Shown piece by piece: positions 21,106-30,587 of a stretch of DNA of 64,000 bases (positions are counted from its first letter, which is position 1; the number at the start of each line of letters is the position of its first letter). The position numbers and the translations under genes are program-made. Source of the stretch: Bdellovibrionota bacterium (GTDB lineage: Bacteria; Bdellovibrionota_C; UBA2361; CALJRW01); the NCBI GenBank assembly GCA_041740355.1, contig JBGSMD010000039.1:1-64000 (forward strand), in the 5' to 3' direction. The notes under the pieces are model-generated. The model was not told where the DNA came from and searched no databases. It saw nothing but the letters and a program-made list of their open reading frames with translations.

Positions 21106-22953
21106 ATGACTAATATAAGGCGGTTTAATAATCTTAACTTTAACCACTCATTTTTACTATCTTTAATGATAGTAGGTCTATACTGTTTTTTCATATCTCC
21201 ATATTACTGGGTAAGTTTTGATGAAGGTCAACTTGGTCACTCAGCGGAACGAATTTTAAATGGCGAGAGACCTTTTATTGATTTTGATGAGCCTTACACA
21301 GGTGGATTAGCATACATTCATGCCTTTATTTTTAGTTTATTTGGTGAACGTTTAATTTACCTCCGATATTCATTAGTTCTTTGTATTCTAATAACTGTTT
21401 GGCCAGTCTTTTGCATTTTAAAAAACTATTATTCTTCTTTTCAAACATTAATATTAACGACTTTAGTATTCTTACTGACATTTCCTAGTTACTTTAGTGC
21501 TTTACCAAGTTGGTATATGAGCTTAATTACCCTATGGGTAATTTATCTAAATTTTATTTATATTAAAACTTCCAATTTATTATCCATAGCATTTACAGGA
21601 TTTCTAATCGCGCTAGCAACACTGTTAAAAATAAATGGTATTTTTATATTATTTGCTAGCATCTTTTTTATATTCAACTTGAAGGTTTCCCAATTAAATT
21701 CGATAAATTCCGATACTCCAAATAGAAGTAATATTTTACCAGTAATATTCATATCAATAGCAATTATTGCTTTAATATCTTTCCTATATTCACTATCAGC
21801 TAAGATTGCAATTGCAATGAACCTGACATCTGTACTGTTATTTTTATTACCAAGTTATTTTTTAAGCTATTATACAATTTCAAATTTAATTTCTAAGAAA
21901 CGGCTGATTAACCTAATAACAATTCTTCAGATTATTAGTCCAATTCTAGTCTTACTGATAACATTTACCTTTGTAATCTTAATTTATTTTCTATTGATTT
22001 ACGATCTAAGTGAATTGCAAATATTTTTTCAGGGTGTTTTTGTCGCTCCCCAAGAAAGAATAAAATTATACAATTCGCTCCCACCCAGTATATTACTTTA
22101 CATATTTTTAGCAGTAATCTTTCTGATCATAAAAAGATTGCAGCATCATAACTTACTAACGATACCTACAAAGATTATCAATATTTCACTGTTCTTGATC
22201 CTATTACTTTTACTCTTTAATGATTTAACATATTTATTTTATGTGAGTATAACTTTTTGGTGCCTAGTTTTAATTCTTAATTCTTTAATATTTTCCGATG
22301 ACACTGAAGAAATATCCTTAATGATTGGTGTCAATTATTGCTTGTTTTCACTATTACAGTTCCCATACTTTGATATTATTTACATGATATATCCGCTACC
22401 ATTATTATTAGTTTATTTTTTTATAAAGAAAATCTCATTTTGCACATCATTATTCAAACATAAATATTTGTGCGTATTCTTAATTTTCTTTTTGCTTTTT
22501 AAAACCACTGCTATTCTTACTGGCGGCAAAAATGGTATTTTATCCAGTGTTAATCCATTTAAAATAGAGGATGTTCAGGAATTGACCCTTAAAAACTCGG
22601 GACTTTGGCTTCATAGACATCAAATTTCAGAAATGGAACTACTAAATGAAACACTAAATGAAGACTTTGCACATAAAAAAATATTAGCAACACCCGATGC
22701 TACTGATGTCTATTATTTTTCAAAAATAAAAAATCGTACAAAAATATTCTATGATGACTTATCTTTTCCTACTATAGAAGATCAAATAAATTATTTTAAA
22801 TCATTTAAATTTGATGTGATCGTAATCAATACTCGATCGTATAGATATTTTAAATACAATGCTGACATACTTCTAATACATCCATACGTGAAAAGTAATT
22901 TCAAATTTCATAAGACAATAGGGCGTTTCCAAATCTACGTTGCTAGGCACTAA
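21106..22953 (+). CDS. Multi-TM GT-C (ArnT/PMT-like) glycosyltransferase
   Basis: DEG motif after the first TM, more than 12 TM helices; start uncertain. Confidence 0.55.
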   Translation: MTNIRRFNNLNFNHSFLLSLMIVGLYCFFISPYYWVSFDEGQLGHSAERILNGERPFIDFDEPYTGGLAYIHAFIFSLFGERLIYLRYSLVLCILITVWPVFCILKNYYSSFQTLILTTLVFLLTFPSYFSALPSWYMSLITLWVIYLNFIYIKTSNLLSIAFTGFLIALATLLKINGIFILFASIFFIFNLKVSQLNSINSDTPNRSNILPVIFISIAIIALISFLYSLSAKIAIAMNLTSVLLFLLPSYFLSYYTISNLISKKRLINLITILQIISPILVLLITFTFVILIYFLLIYDLSELQIFFQGVFVAPQERIKLYNSLPPSILLYIFLAVIFLIIKRLQHHNLLTIPTKIINISLFLILLLLLFNDLTYLFYVSITFWCLVLILNSLIFSDDTEEISLMIGVNYCLFSLLQFPYFDIIYMIYPLPLLLVYFFIKKISFCTSLFKHKYLCVFLIFFLLFKTTAILTGGKNGILSSVNPFKIEDVQELTLKNSGLWLHRHQISEMELLNETLNEDFAHKKILATPDATDVYYFSKIKNRTKIFYDDLSFPTIEDQINYFKSFKFDVIVINTRSYRYFKYNADILLIHPYVKSNFKFHKTIGRFQIYVARH

Positions 22954-23139
22954 TTTTTTCATTATTTTGACTAATTTAAGTGTTTCGCTATTTATTGCCT
23001 TAATTATGATCAATTAATATTCAAAGTTCAATTTATGGTATTTAATATTCTTACTGTCCCTTTGTAATTAAATTAAGTTATTTGCTTAAATCAAAATAAT
23101 TGCTATATTAACATACTTAATTTTACCGATTAACAAGCC

Positions 23140-23697
23140 ATGCGTGCAAATAATTTACGAAAAGGGAATGTCGTTTTATATCGTAACGAACCATATCGAA
23201 TTATGGATTTCCATCATGTTACTCCAGGAAAAGGAAATGCAGTTGTTCAAACAAAGATGAGAAATTTGCTTACTGGTAACCAAACAGAAGCTCGTTTTAT
23301 GTCCACAGAAGATGTTGAAATTGCCGATGTTTATACATCAAAGGCTACGTATCTTTACCAAGATACTGATAATTACTGCTTCATGGATACAAGCTCTTAC
23401 GAGCAATTTTCACTTAGTAAGACTTTCTTAGGGGACGATATTTATTACATTCAAGAAAACATGGAAGTTGGTGTTACAATTTATAATGAATCTCCAATAG
23501 GTATAGAATTACCAACTACAGTCACACTTACTGTTATTGAGACTGAGCCTGAATTAAGAGGTGCTACTGCTAGCAATTCGCCAAAACCCGCTAAGACTGA
23601 TACTGGATTACAATTAACCATTCCGCCATTTGTGAAAGAAGGTGAGAAGATTATTGTTAATACCGCAGATGGCACTTACATGAGTAGAGCAGACTAA
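23140..23697 (+). CDS. efp: Elongation factor P
   Basis: PGKG loop, YLY, FMD..YEQ, KPA..TG, YMSRA. Confidence 0.96.
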   Translation: MRANNLRKGNVVLYRNEPYRIMDFHHVTPGKGNAVVQTKMRNLLTGNQTEARFMSTEDVEIADVYTSKATYLYQDTDNYCFMDTSSYEQFSLSKTFLGDDIYYIQENMEVGVTIYNESPIGIELPTTVTLTVIETEPELRGATASNSPKPAKTDTGLQLTIPPFVKEGEKIIVNTADGTYMSRAD

Positions 23698-24830
23698 TAA
23701 CTCACTAATATTCTCGGATTATTTCTTAGATAGTTTCTGTAAATTAATATAAAAATTATTGGCGCAAGATAATACATAGTTCCCCCCAATCCTCTTAATA
23801 AGTGTCCATCGAAGATGGAAAAGGCAATTAATAATATTAAAAAAATATGTTCTCCATAATTAAACCGCCTTTGATTAATCATATATCCTAAAGGAATTAT
23901 CAATAAACAAAGATCATGTATCCAATAGTATGGAGAAAAAAGTAGAGAAAGCGCTACAACTACAGGGAATTGCTGACTGTAGTTAAGCTGCCTTTTCCTA
24001 ATTACCACTGAAAAAACAATTAATGATAAGAACAAATTCAAATAAGAAATATTTTTAAAGTCATAAATCTTCTCCAGTTGGCTAGCGAAACTTGCAGTTA
24101 CCCAATATTCTCTTGGTGGCTTAATTTGAAATAACTCTGAGTAATTACTCCAAATATTAGGCATATAAAGCGTAACAAAGAAAGCTAAGCCTAAAGTAGT
24201 TAGAATAAAACCACCCACAATTCGATAATCTTTGGTTTTAATTACAATTAAAAATTCGTATAGATATATCAAATACAATACGTGAGGCTTAATCAGCGAA
24301 AATGATAAGCAGACACCCGAAAACACTGGAAAATCTTTCCGGGCTATGAAGTATAAAAGGAAAGTTAATAAGATAATAAGATTAATTTGACCCCAGTATA
24401 ATTGGGTGAGAATAAAAGGAAATCCAAACATGAGGGCAAGAATTAAAATGCGATCGTATAACTTCCTCGTGTCAAAAAAATAGAAAATTAATGATAAAGT
24501 AAGAATGCTAAGCGTATAGTAAAAAACTTTTGCAATTTCAAAACTTACAAATTTAAAATAAAAAATTAACGGTAAAACAATCGGTGGATTATACATAATC
24601 GAGATTGCATTCGATTTATCATTACTTAGATTGACTAATAAATGCGGGTAAGGAGCTTGGATGTTTTCCAACAGGCTAAGTTCATAAGGGTTTTGATTTG
24701 AAAAAAACAATTTGCTTGCTGACCAGTACTGCAATAAGTCAGTGCCAGGAAATTTATTAGCAAGAAAATAATTTGTACATAAGAATGTTAATGATATCCA
24801 ACTGAGGTGAAATAAATTCCTAATATTCAA
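23694..24830 (-). CDS. GT87/DUF2029-like membrane glycosyltransferase
   Basis: D..QYW, NPY, YNPP, WGQ, IKPH, HD motifs. Confidence 0.7.
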   Translation of the reverse strand: MNIRNLFHLSWISLTFLCTNYFLANKFPGTDLLQYWSASKLFFSNQNPYELSLLENIQAPYPHLLVNLSNDKSNAISIMYNPPIVLPLIFYFKFVSFEIAKVFYYTLSILTLSLIFYFFDTRKLYDRILILALMFGFPFILTQLYWGQINLIILLTFLLYFIARKDFPVFSGVCLSFSLIKPHVLYLIYLYEFLIVIKTKDYRIVGGFILTTLGLAFFVTLYMPNIWSNYSELFQIKPPREYWVTASFASQLEKIYDFKNISYLNLFLSLIVFSVVIRKRQLNYSQQFPVVVALSLLFSPYYWIHDLCLLIIPLGYMINQRRFNYGEHIFLILLIAFSIFDGHLLRGLGGTMYYLAPIIFILIYRNYLRNNPRILVSY

Positions 24831-25158
24831 AATATTTAATAAATTCGACTTAGTAGTAGAGATTATGGTTATTTCAAAAATGCAGCAAGGCTAAAATTAA
24901 ATCGAATTGTTTTTTTTGAAATGTAAGATTTTTGTTCCGAATTCATGCAAAAGACTTGCACTTAAACAGATTTGTATATCTTTGGGGCATACTAAAATTC
25001 CTAATGTAATTTGAGATCTGGGAACAGTAGCTCATCTATAAACAAACCTACGGCGTTCTATAAAACTCACCTATGATTTTTACCTGTTTTAGTATATTTA
25101 TTTTCTACAGCTTAAAATGCTAAAGAAATCTTTGATTTCCCACTTTTTCCCCAACCTT

Positions 25159-26913
25159 TTAAAAACCAGTATCGACAGTAGCTCTTTCTCTACTAATAAC
25201 TTCAGTTCTTAAAAAAGAATTAAAGGATTGTGAAGCAGAGAAAAGGAAGCGGGGGTCATAAGCCTCTGTGCCATCTGGTCCATCTCTCATTGGAAAAGCG
25301 ACATCAAAACGGAGAACTCGGGAACCAGAGGAGCGGGGGAGTCCAATCCGTAGTCCAAATCCAACATCAGAGTAAACCTCATCCTGTATGGCAGTACTTA
25401 GTGAGTCAGTAGTTGAAGTACCAACGTCAATAAAAAAAACTGTTCCTAAACTAATTAATTTCCAAACATCCTCTTTCCAGTGAATTCGATCTTCTAAATT
25501 AATGGCAATCCGTTTATCTCCAGAAAAAGTTCTGGCGCTATAGCCACGTAAAAAGTTATCGGCGCCAAGTAAAAACTCACGGTCTCGATCAAGCTTTTGA
25601 GCATAGTCCATGGTGAAAGCAGCAGCTAAGGTATGATTTCCAAGTGATAAGCCACCAATTTTTTTATTACCTAAAAGATTATAATATCTGAGATCGCTGC
25701 GAATAATAGAATTTTCTAAAGTACCTTCTTCTTCCAAGTACCTAGTACCAACTCCAATCTCTCCACGAAGAAATGACTCTGGAGTGAATAGCCATCCTGT
25801 GCCAGTTGAGGCTGAGAAAAGTAGGGCATCTGCATCGGAACCTAAGGCTTCAGGGGCTAATTGGAACTTCATCGAAGATTGATTTCCAAGGTTATAATCA
25901 TCAAAACGATCGAAACGATCAATGTAGTTTTTGGAGATAAACTGAGGTTGAATGCTCTCAAAAGCAAAATATGGTCCAACAAAACGACGATCTTCCGGTA
26001 GTTCCACATCCTCTAAGGTAACTTCATCAAGATCTATTCCCAAATCATCATAATCATCGGCATCAGCATCACTGAAGTTATTTTCAAAATAGTTATATCC
26101 AAACGAGTACCTACGAGACTGTATTTCGGGTTGACCTTTAACAAAGGTATAAAAAATATCAAAGTCCGTATTCTTATCACGATAAACATATCGCTCTTCG
26201 TTGTTTCTAAAAAGTCTTTCGGCGGTATCACCATATAAGAAACTAACACCAAAGGACTTATCATCAAAAAGAGTTCGAAGAGGGCGCTCTAAGGAAATTT
26301 GATGGATATCACCATCGGATCTTTGAAATTGAGCTAATTCAAATTGATTCTCAGAACCAAAAAACCGACGATCATCATAAACAGTTTGAGTAGTTTTTCG
26401 GCCGTCATCATCTTCCACAAGAAATTCTAGCCGTTTACCTAGACCAAATAAATCACTCTCAGCCAGGCCAAAACTTTGCTTATTTCGGCCGTCGCCACTT
26501 GAATAACTAACTTGTGGAATCAAGGTCCAAGTATCTTGAACTTCTACATAAACATCGATTGTTTCGGCATCGATAATGATTGGCTTGATATCAACACGTC
26601 TAATAAAGTCTAAAGTTCTAATATTACGTGAAGATTCCCGAATGTGGAAATTAGTTATCTCCATACCAGGTTTAAATGTTAACTCACGAAGGATAACTGG
26701 ATCTTGGGTGGTATATTTCCAACCGTTAGCTTTGCGGTAAAGCCAACTTAAATCTTCTTCGGCCGGAAAAATATCTTTGACGTTTACATAGATCTGGCCA
26801 ATTTTACGGCCAGTTAATATTTTAGAATAATCTACTGCTTGAGCGGGATCATCTGCGGAGACTGCAGTAGCAACTAATATTAATAAAAGGAGGCAGAAAA
26901 ACCTAGAAAACAT
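25159..26913 (-). CDS. Omp85 (BamA/TamA-like) outer membrane protein
   Basis: Signal peptide, POTRA-like VILREL, LRGY loop-6 motif, GFGLR, terminal F. Confidence 0.8.
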   Translation of the reverse strand: MFSRFFCLLLLILVATAVSADDPAQAVDYSKILTGRKIGQIYVNVKDIFPAEEDLSWLYRKANGWKYTTQDPVILRELTFKPGMEITNFHIRESSRNIRTLDFIRRVDIKPIIIDAETIDVYVEVQDTWTLIPQVSYSSGDGRNKQSFGLAESDLFGLGKRLEFLVEDDDGRKTTQTVYDDRRFFGSENQFELAQFQRSDGDIHQISLERPLRTLFDDKSFGVSFLYGDTAERLFRNNEERYVYRDKNTDFDIFYTFVKGQPEIQSRRYSFGYNYFENNFSDADADDYDDLGIDLDEVTLEDVELPEDRRFVGPYFAFESIQPQFISKNYIDRFDRFDDYNLGNQSSMKFQLAPEALGSDADALLFSASTGTGWLFTPESFLRGEIGVGTRYLEEEGTLENSIIRSDLRYYNLLGNKKIGGLSLGNHTLAAAFTMDYAQKLDRDREFLLGADNFLRGYSARTFSGDKRIAINLEDRIHWKEDVWKLISLGTVFFIDVGTSTTDSLSTAIQDEVYSDVGFGLRIGLPRSSGSRVLRFDVAFPMRDGPDGTEAYDPRFLFSASQSFNSFLRTEVISRERATVDTGF

Positions 26914-27079
26914 TAAATTTTAGATGCTTTAAAATTAAATAAGATACAATTTCATACAATTATTGAAAAAGCTATCAATCGCATCGGCATTAAGTAACGG
27001 GATGATTAAATATAAGTAAAGGCTTGGTCAGATCAGTCGCCAAAGTTCCCGCCATTTACTAGACAAATAACAATTTAGC

Positions 27080-27116
27080 TTGCCCTGTGTGTCGTTTTTT
27101 GATAAAATGACACACA
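27080..27116 (+). promoter_or_regulatory. Putative leaderless sigma70 promoter overlapped by a 13-bp inverted repeat
   Basis: TTGCCC-17-TAAAAT-7-ATG; TGTGTGTCGTTTT/AAAATGACACACA. Confidence 0.55.
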
Positions 27117-28282
27117 TGGTAGCCAGAATCTTATTTGATAAAATCGCGAAATCGTCCAAAAGTGTCCTTTTACTTGGACCAAGACAAGTTGGTAAAAGTA
27201 CTTTATGCCAACAACTTAAACCAGATCTAACAATCAATCTATCTGACCAAGAGCAATTTAACAAACATCTACGAGATGTTAGCCTGATTAAACGTCTTGT
27301 ATCAGATTCCGAGAAAAAATTAATTGTAATTGATGAAATTCAACGACTACCTGAGATGTTAAATACAATTCAATTTTTAATTGATAATAATCCAGACAAA
27401 CGCTTCATACTAACTGGATCCAGTGCTAGAAAACTGAAGCGGGGAAATGCGAACCTGTTACCAGGGCGAGTACTTGTCATGAATCTATCTCCGTTAGTCT
27501 ACTGGGAAGTTGTTGAGAATTTTGATTTATTAAAAGCCTTAACTAGAGGAATGTTGCCAGAGATTTATTTAAAGAAAGATCTTGAGCAAGTTTTATACTC
27601 TTATACCAATACTTATTTGCGCGAAGAAATCCAAGCTGAGGCATTAACTAAGAACTTGGCGGCCTATAGCAGATTTTTAGATTTAGCTGCTGTTCAATCA
27701 GGTTTACAGATTAATTATACCAAACTAGCTTCCGATGCTGAAATCAACAAAGAAACCACTAGGCGCTATTTTTCAATCCTAGAAGATACATTAATTATAG
27801 AAAAAATTCCTAGTTATACCTCCGTTCAAAGTAAGCGTCGTGCTCAACAAAAAGAGAGATTTGTCTTTTTTGACTTGGGGGTGTGTAATGCAATTTTGCG
27901 AAGAGTTAATAATCACTTTTCTGATACTGAGTTAGGCAAGCTTTTTGAGCAGTGGTTTGCTCTACAGTGTATTTACTATAATAAGATGATGTTTTGTAAC
28001 TGGAGCATTACAAGTTTTAGAACTGATGCTGGAGATGAAGTAGATTTACTTATTGAAACGCAAGATCGAATAATCGCTATAGAAATTAAATACTCTCAAA
28101 TCTTAAGAGAAGAATCTACGAAAGGACTTAAATTCTTTTCCTCTGCCGCAAAAAGCTTTAATGCTAAGAAAAAAGTTGAAACATATATTGTTTACTTAGG
28201 AGCTGATAAACAAGTTTTTGCTGACGGTACAATTGCCGTTAATTACCAAGACTTTCTAATTAATATTGAGAATCTTGTTTAA
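27116..28282 (+). CDS. AAA_14 ATPase with DUF4143 domain
   Basis: GPRQVGKS, IDEIQ, LTGSS, FFDLG, EVD...IEIK PD-(D/E)xK tail; ATG 27116 preferred. Confidence 0.9.
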   Translation: MVARILFDKIAKSSKSVLLLGPRQVGKSTLCQQLKPDLTINLSDQEQFNKHLRDVSLIKRLVSDSEKKLIVIDEIQRLPEMLNTIQFLIDNNPDKRFILTGSSARKLKRGNANLLPGRVLVMNLSPLVYWEVVENFDLLKALTRGMLPEIYLKKDLEQVLYSYTNTYLREEIQAEALTKNLAAYSRFLDLAAVQSGLQINYTKLASDAEINKETTRRYFSILEDTLIIEKIPSYTSVQSKRRAQQKERFVFFDLGVCNAILRRVNNHFSDTELGKLFEQWFALQCIYYNKMMFCNWSITSFRTDAGDEVDLLIETQDRIIAIEIKYSQILREESTKGLKFFSSAAKSFNAKKKVETYIVYLGADKQVFADGTIAVNYQDFLINIENLV

Positions 28283-28313
28283 ATAAGCTACCTAGTATTT
28301 AACCACCCCTAAA

Positions 28314-28341
28314 GGTACATAGAATTATAGTACTATGTAAC
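28314..28341. other. Putative dif-like tyrosine recombinase site (11-6-11)
   Basis: GGTACATAGAA-TTATAG-TACTATGTAAC, arms 9/11 inverted; half-copies at 29174-29193 and 31757-31774. Confidence 0.6.
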
Positions 28342-28482
28342 TAGGGATAGGCATGATTAACCTACTCAATATAAACTTAACTAGCTTATCGGAACAAACC
28401 TTAATTTCAATTAAGAAATGATTGAGGTTTTTTACGCTAGTTAAATAGTTAAAGTTTATTATTACATTGTCGATATTGTTTT

Positions 28483-28923
28483 ATGAATTTCAGACAATCA
28501 GGATTTTCTCTAGTTGAACTTCTCGTTACAGTTGCGATTATTGGTATACTAGCGGCAATAAGCATTCTTCAATACGAGCAATTTAAAAACCGTGCCAACG
28601 ATTCCAATGCAATAAGCAACCTGAGAAATTCTATAGTAGCTCAAGAAGCTTACTACGTTGATCATCACACCTATGCCCACCCATCTTTTGGCAATGATTT
28701 ACAGCCATATGATACACCACACCCTCTCTCAGTTTATGGGTATGAGCCATTAGTTGGAATTTATTTTAAATATTCTGGAAATAATAATTTTTTTATAAGT
28801 GGATCACTTCACGAAAAAGGAACCCGCACATATTGCTACAGCAATCATCCATTTGCTAGCGTGGGTAAAGATGGCTTTTATGATAGGCCTCTAAATTATG
28901 ATTTTGATAGCGTCTGTGATTAA
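28483..28923 (+). CDS. Type IV pilin-like protein
   Basis: Class III signal QSG/FSLVELLVTVAIIGILAAI, C-terminal Cys pair. Confidence 0.88.
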   Translation: MNFRQSGFSLVELLVTVAIIGILAAISILQYEQFKNRANDSNAISNLRNSIVAQEAYYVDHHTYAHPSFGNDLQPYDTPHPLSVYGYEPLVGIYFKYSGNNNFFISGSLHEKGTRTYCYSNHPFASVGKDGFYDRPLNYDFDSVCD

Positions 28924-28931
28924 TCTGTTAA

Positions 28932-29173
28932 TTAATAGTCCAATTTAAGTCTAGGTTTGTCTTCGATATCCAGTCGTCGCTTATCATAGACATCAACCAT
29001 CTGAGTTGACGAATGCCTAGAAAACTTTTGGACAAACTTGTGATCAAAGCCATCAGTTAAAAGTTTAGTTATCGCGGTAGCTCTTGTGGAGTCCGTAGTT
29101 GCGTAATGACTAGCCCCTACCATTTGACAATAACTTTTGAAAAGTTTGTGCATACCACTTTCAGACAAAGCTT
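28932..29173 (-). pseudogene. Duplicated 3' fragment of the tyrosine recombinase gene
   Basis: Aligns with about 30588-30829; 89 bp identical core; PHSAR changed to TDSTR; no 5' part. Confidence 0.9.
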
Positions 29174-29193
29174 TTATAGTACTATGTAACTAG
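29174..29193. repeat. 20-bp direct repeat of spacer plus right arm of the dif-like site
   Basis: TTATAGTACTATGTAACTAG identical to 28325-28344. Confidence 0.9.
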
Positions 29194-30389
29194 AGATTGG
29201 AGTTATTAAAGGTCATCCGAAGCCCTTCGCTCCAAGGCATAACTTTTATCTGGCCAATTGAGTATGGTAATGGAGTATTACAAAAGCAAAGAGTCTGAAT
29301 TTCAGGAAATTCTTCCCTAATTAATTCTAGGGATCTTAGGTCCTCAATCTTAGGGGCACTTGATGACTTTATCTCTATGGCGTAGATCGGTGGTGCTGAT
29401 TTCTTTCGTGAAAGAACCAAATCTACTTCTGCCCCATTTAATGTTCTCCAATAACTCAATCTAAATCCATTATTTAAATAATCATTATATCTAATTGCTT
29501 CATTAATAATGAATGTCTCAAATAAATTACCATATCGAGTTGTTGCCTTTTTAAGCTCACTTCTTTCCTCTCCACAGATAGCATTCACTACCCCACAGTC
29601 AAAAAAATAAAACTTATTAGATTTAGTCAACTGCTTACGAACAGAGTAATCAAAAGCTGGAAGTAATGTTCCAACTAAAGTATCGGAGAGGATTTCAAAA
29701 TATTGCTTTACTGTTGTATCTGCTACTTTAATTTGCTTAGCGATACTGGAGTAGTTAATAATTTCAGAATTTTGCTGCCCAGCAACTTCTAAAAATTTAT
29801 AAAAGGCTGGAACATTTCTAGTTAATGCTTCTTGCTGAATCTCCTCTTTTAAGTATGTTTCCACATAACTAGTTAAAAATTCATGGCGTCTTTTCGGATT
29901 AAGATAAATCCTAGGAAGACATCCAAACTGCAAAGCTTTATCTAAATCAATTTCTAGTTCAAGTGAACAAAATGGATATAATCTTTTAGAAATAGCCCTG
30001 CCTGCTAATAGATTTACTCCACTTCTTTTAATCTTTCTTGCACTAGAACCGGTTAATAAAAAACTAACTTTTCCTTTAAATTTTTCAATCAGTAAATGAA
30101 TATAATCCAGTAGCTCGGGAAGTTTTTGAATTTCATCAACTAATACAATGCATGGGAACGACTTTGAGCTATTAATTTGCTCTTCAATATCCTTTTTAAA
30201 TTGACTAGGATCAGAATTATATCTTCTAAAAGTTTGAATATCCAAAAGAGAAATACTTACAGAAGACCCCTTGAAACCTTTTAGAATCTCCTCCGATAAA
30301 AATGTCTTACCAGTTCCACGCGGCCCTAATAATAAAATAGAATAACTATCTAATAAGATTGACTTTAGATCTAAAATTCTCTTTGCCAT
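29190..30389 (-). CDS. AAA_14 ATPase with DUF4143 domain
   Basis: GPRGTGKT, VDEIQ, LTGSS, YFFDCG, EVD...IEIK. Confidence 0.9.
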   Translation of the reverse strand: MAKRILDLKSILLDSYSILLLGPRGTGKTFLSEEILKGFKGSSVSISLLDIQTFRRYNSDPSQFKKDIEEQINSSKSFPCIVLVDEIQKLPELLDYIHLLIEKFKGKVSFLLTGSSARKIKRSGVNLLAGRAISKRLYPFCSLELEIDLDKALQFGCLPRIYLNPKRRHEFLTSYVETYLKEEIQQEALTRNVPAFYKFLEVAGQQNSEIINYSSIAKQIKVADTTVKQYFEILSDTLVGTLLPAFDYSVRKQLTKSNKFYFFDCGVVNAICGEERSELKKATTRYGNLFETFIINEAIRYNDYLNNGFRLSYWRTLNGAEVDLVLSRKKSAPPIYAIEIKSSSAPKIEDLRSLELIREEFPEIQTLCFCNTPLPYSIGQIKVMPWSEGLRMTFNNSNL

Positions 30390-30425
30390 ACACCGAATAT
30401 TAGCCTAATATTCGGTGTATGTACA
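30387..30425 (-). promoter_or_regulatory. Putative leaderless promoter with a perfect 17-bp palindrome covering the ATG
   Basis: CATACACCGAATATTAG-C-CTAATATTCGGTGTATG; minus strand TGTACA-17-TAATAT-7-ATG. Confidence 0.55.
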
Positions 30426-30587
30426 GAAATTTATCGCAAATTTGAGTTTTATTGGTAATTTCTCAAGCCTTCAACGTTTGATTGCCTAAACTACCCCCCC
30501 CCATTGGTAACATTATAATTTTATTGGCTATATTTATTCTTATGCAAGTAAAATCTAGGCATAGCTCCTAGGATTTACTGGTATAAA

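Noticed and set aside
25018-25040. tRNA-like 5' fragment GGGAACAGTAGCTCA
   Set aside because: No anticodon arm, T arm or acceptor complement follows
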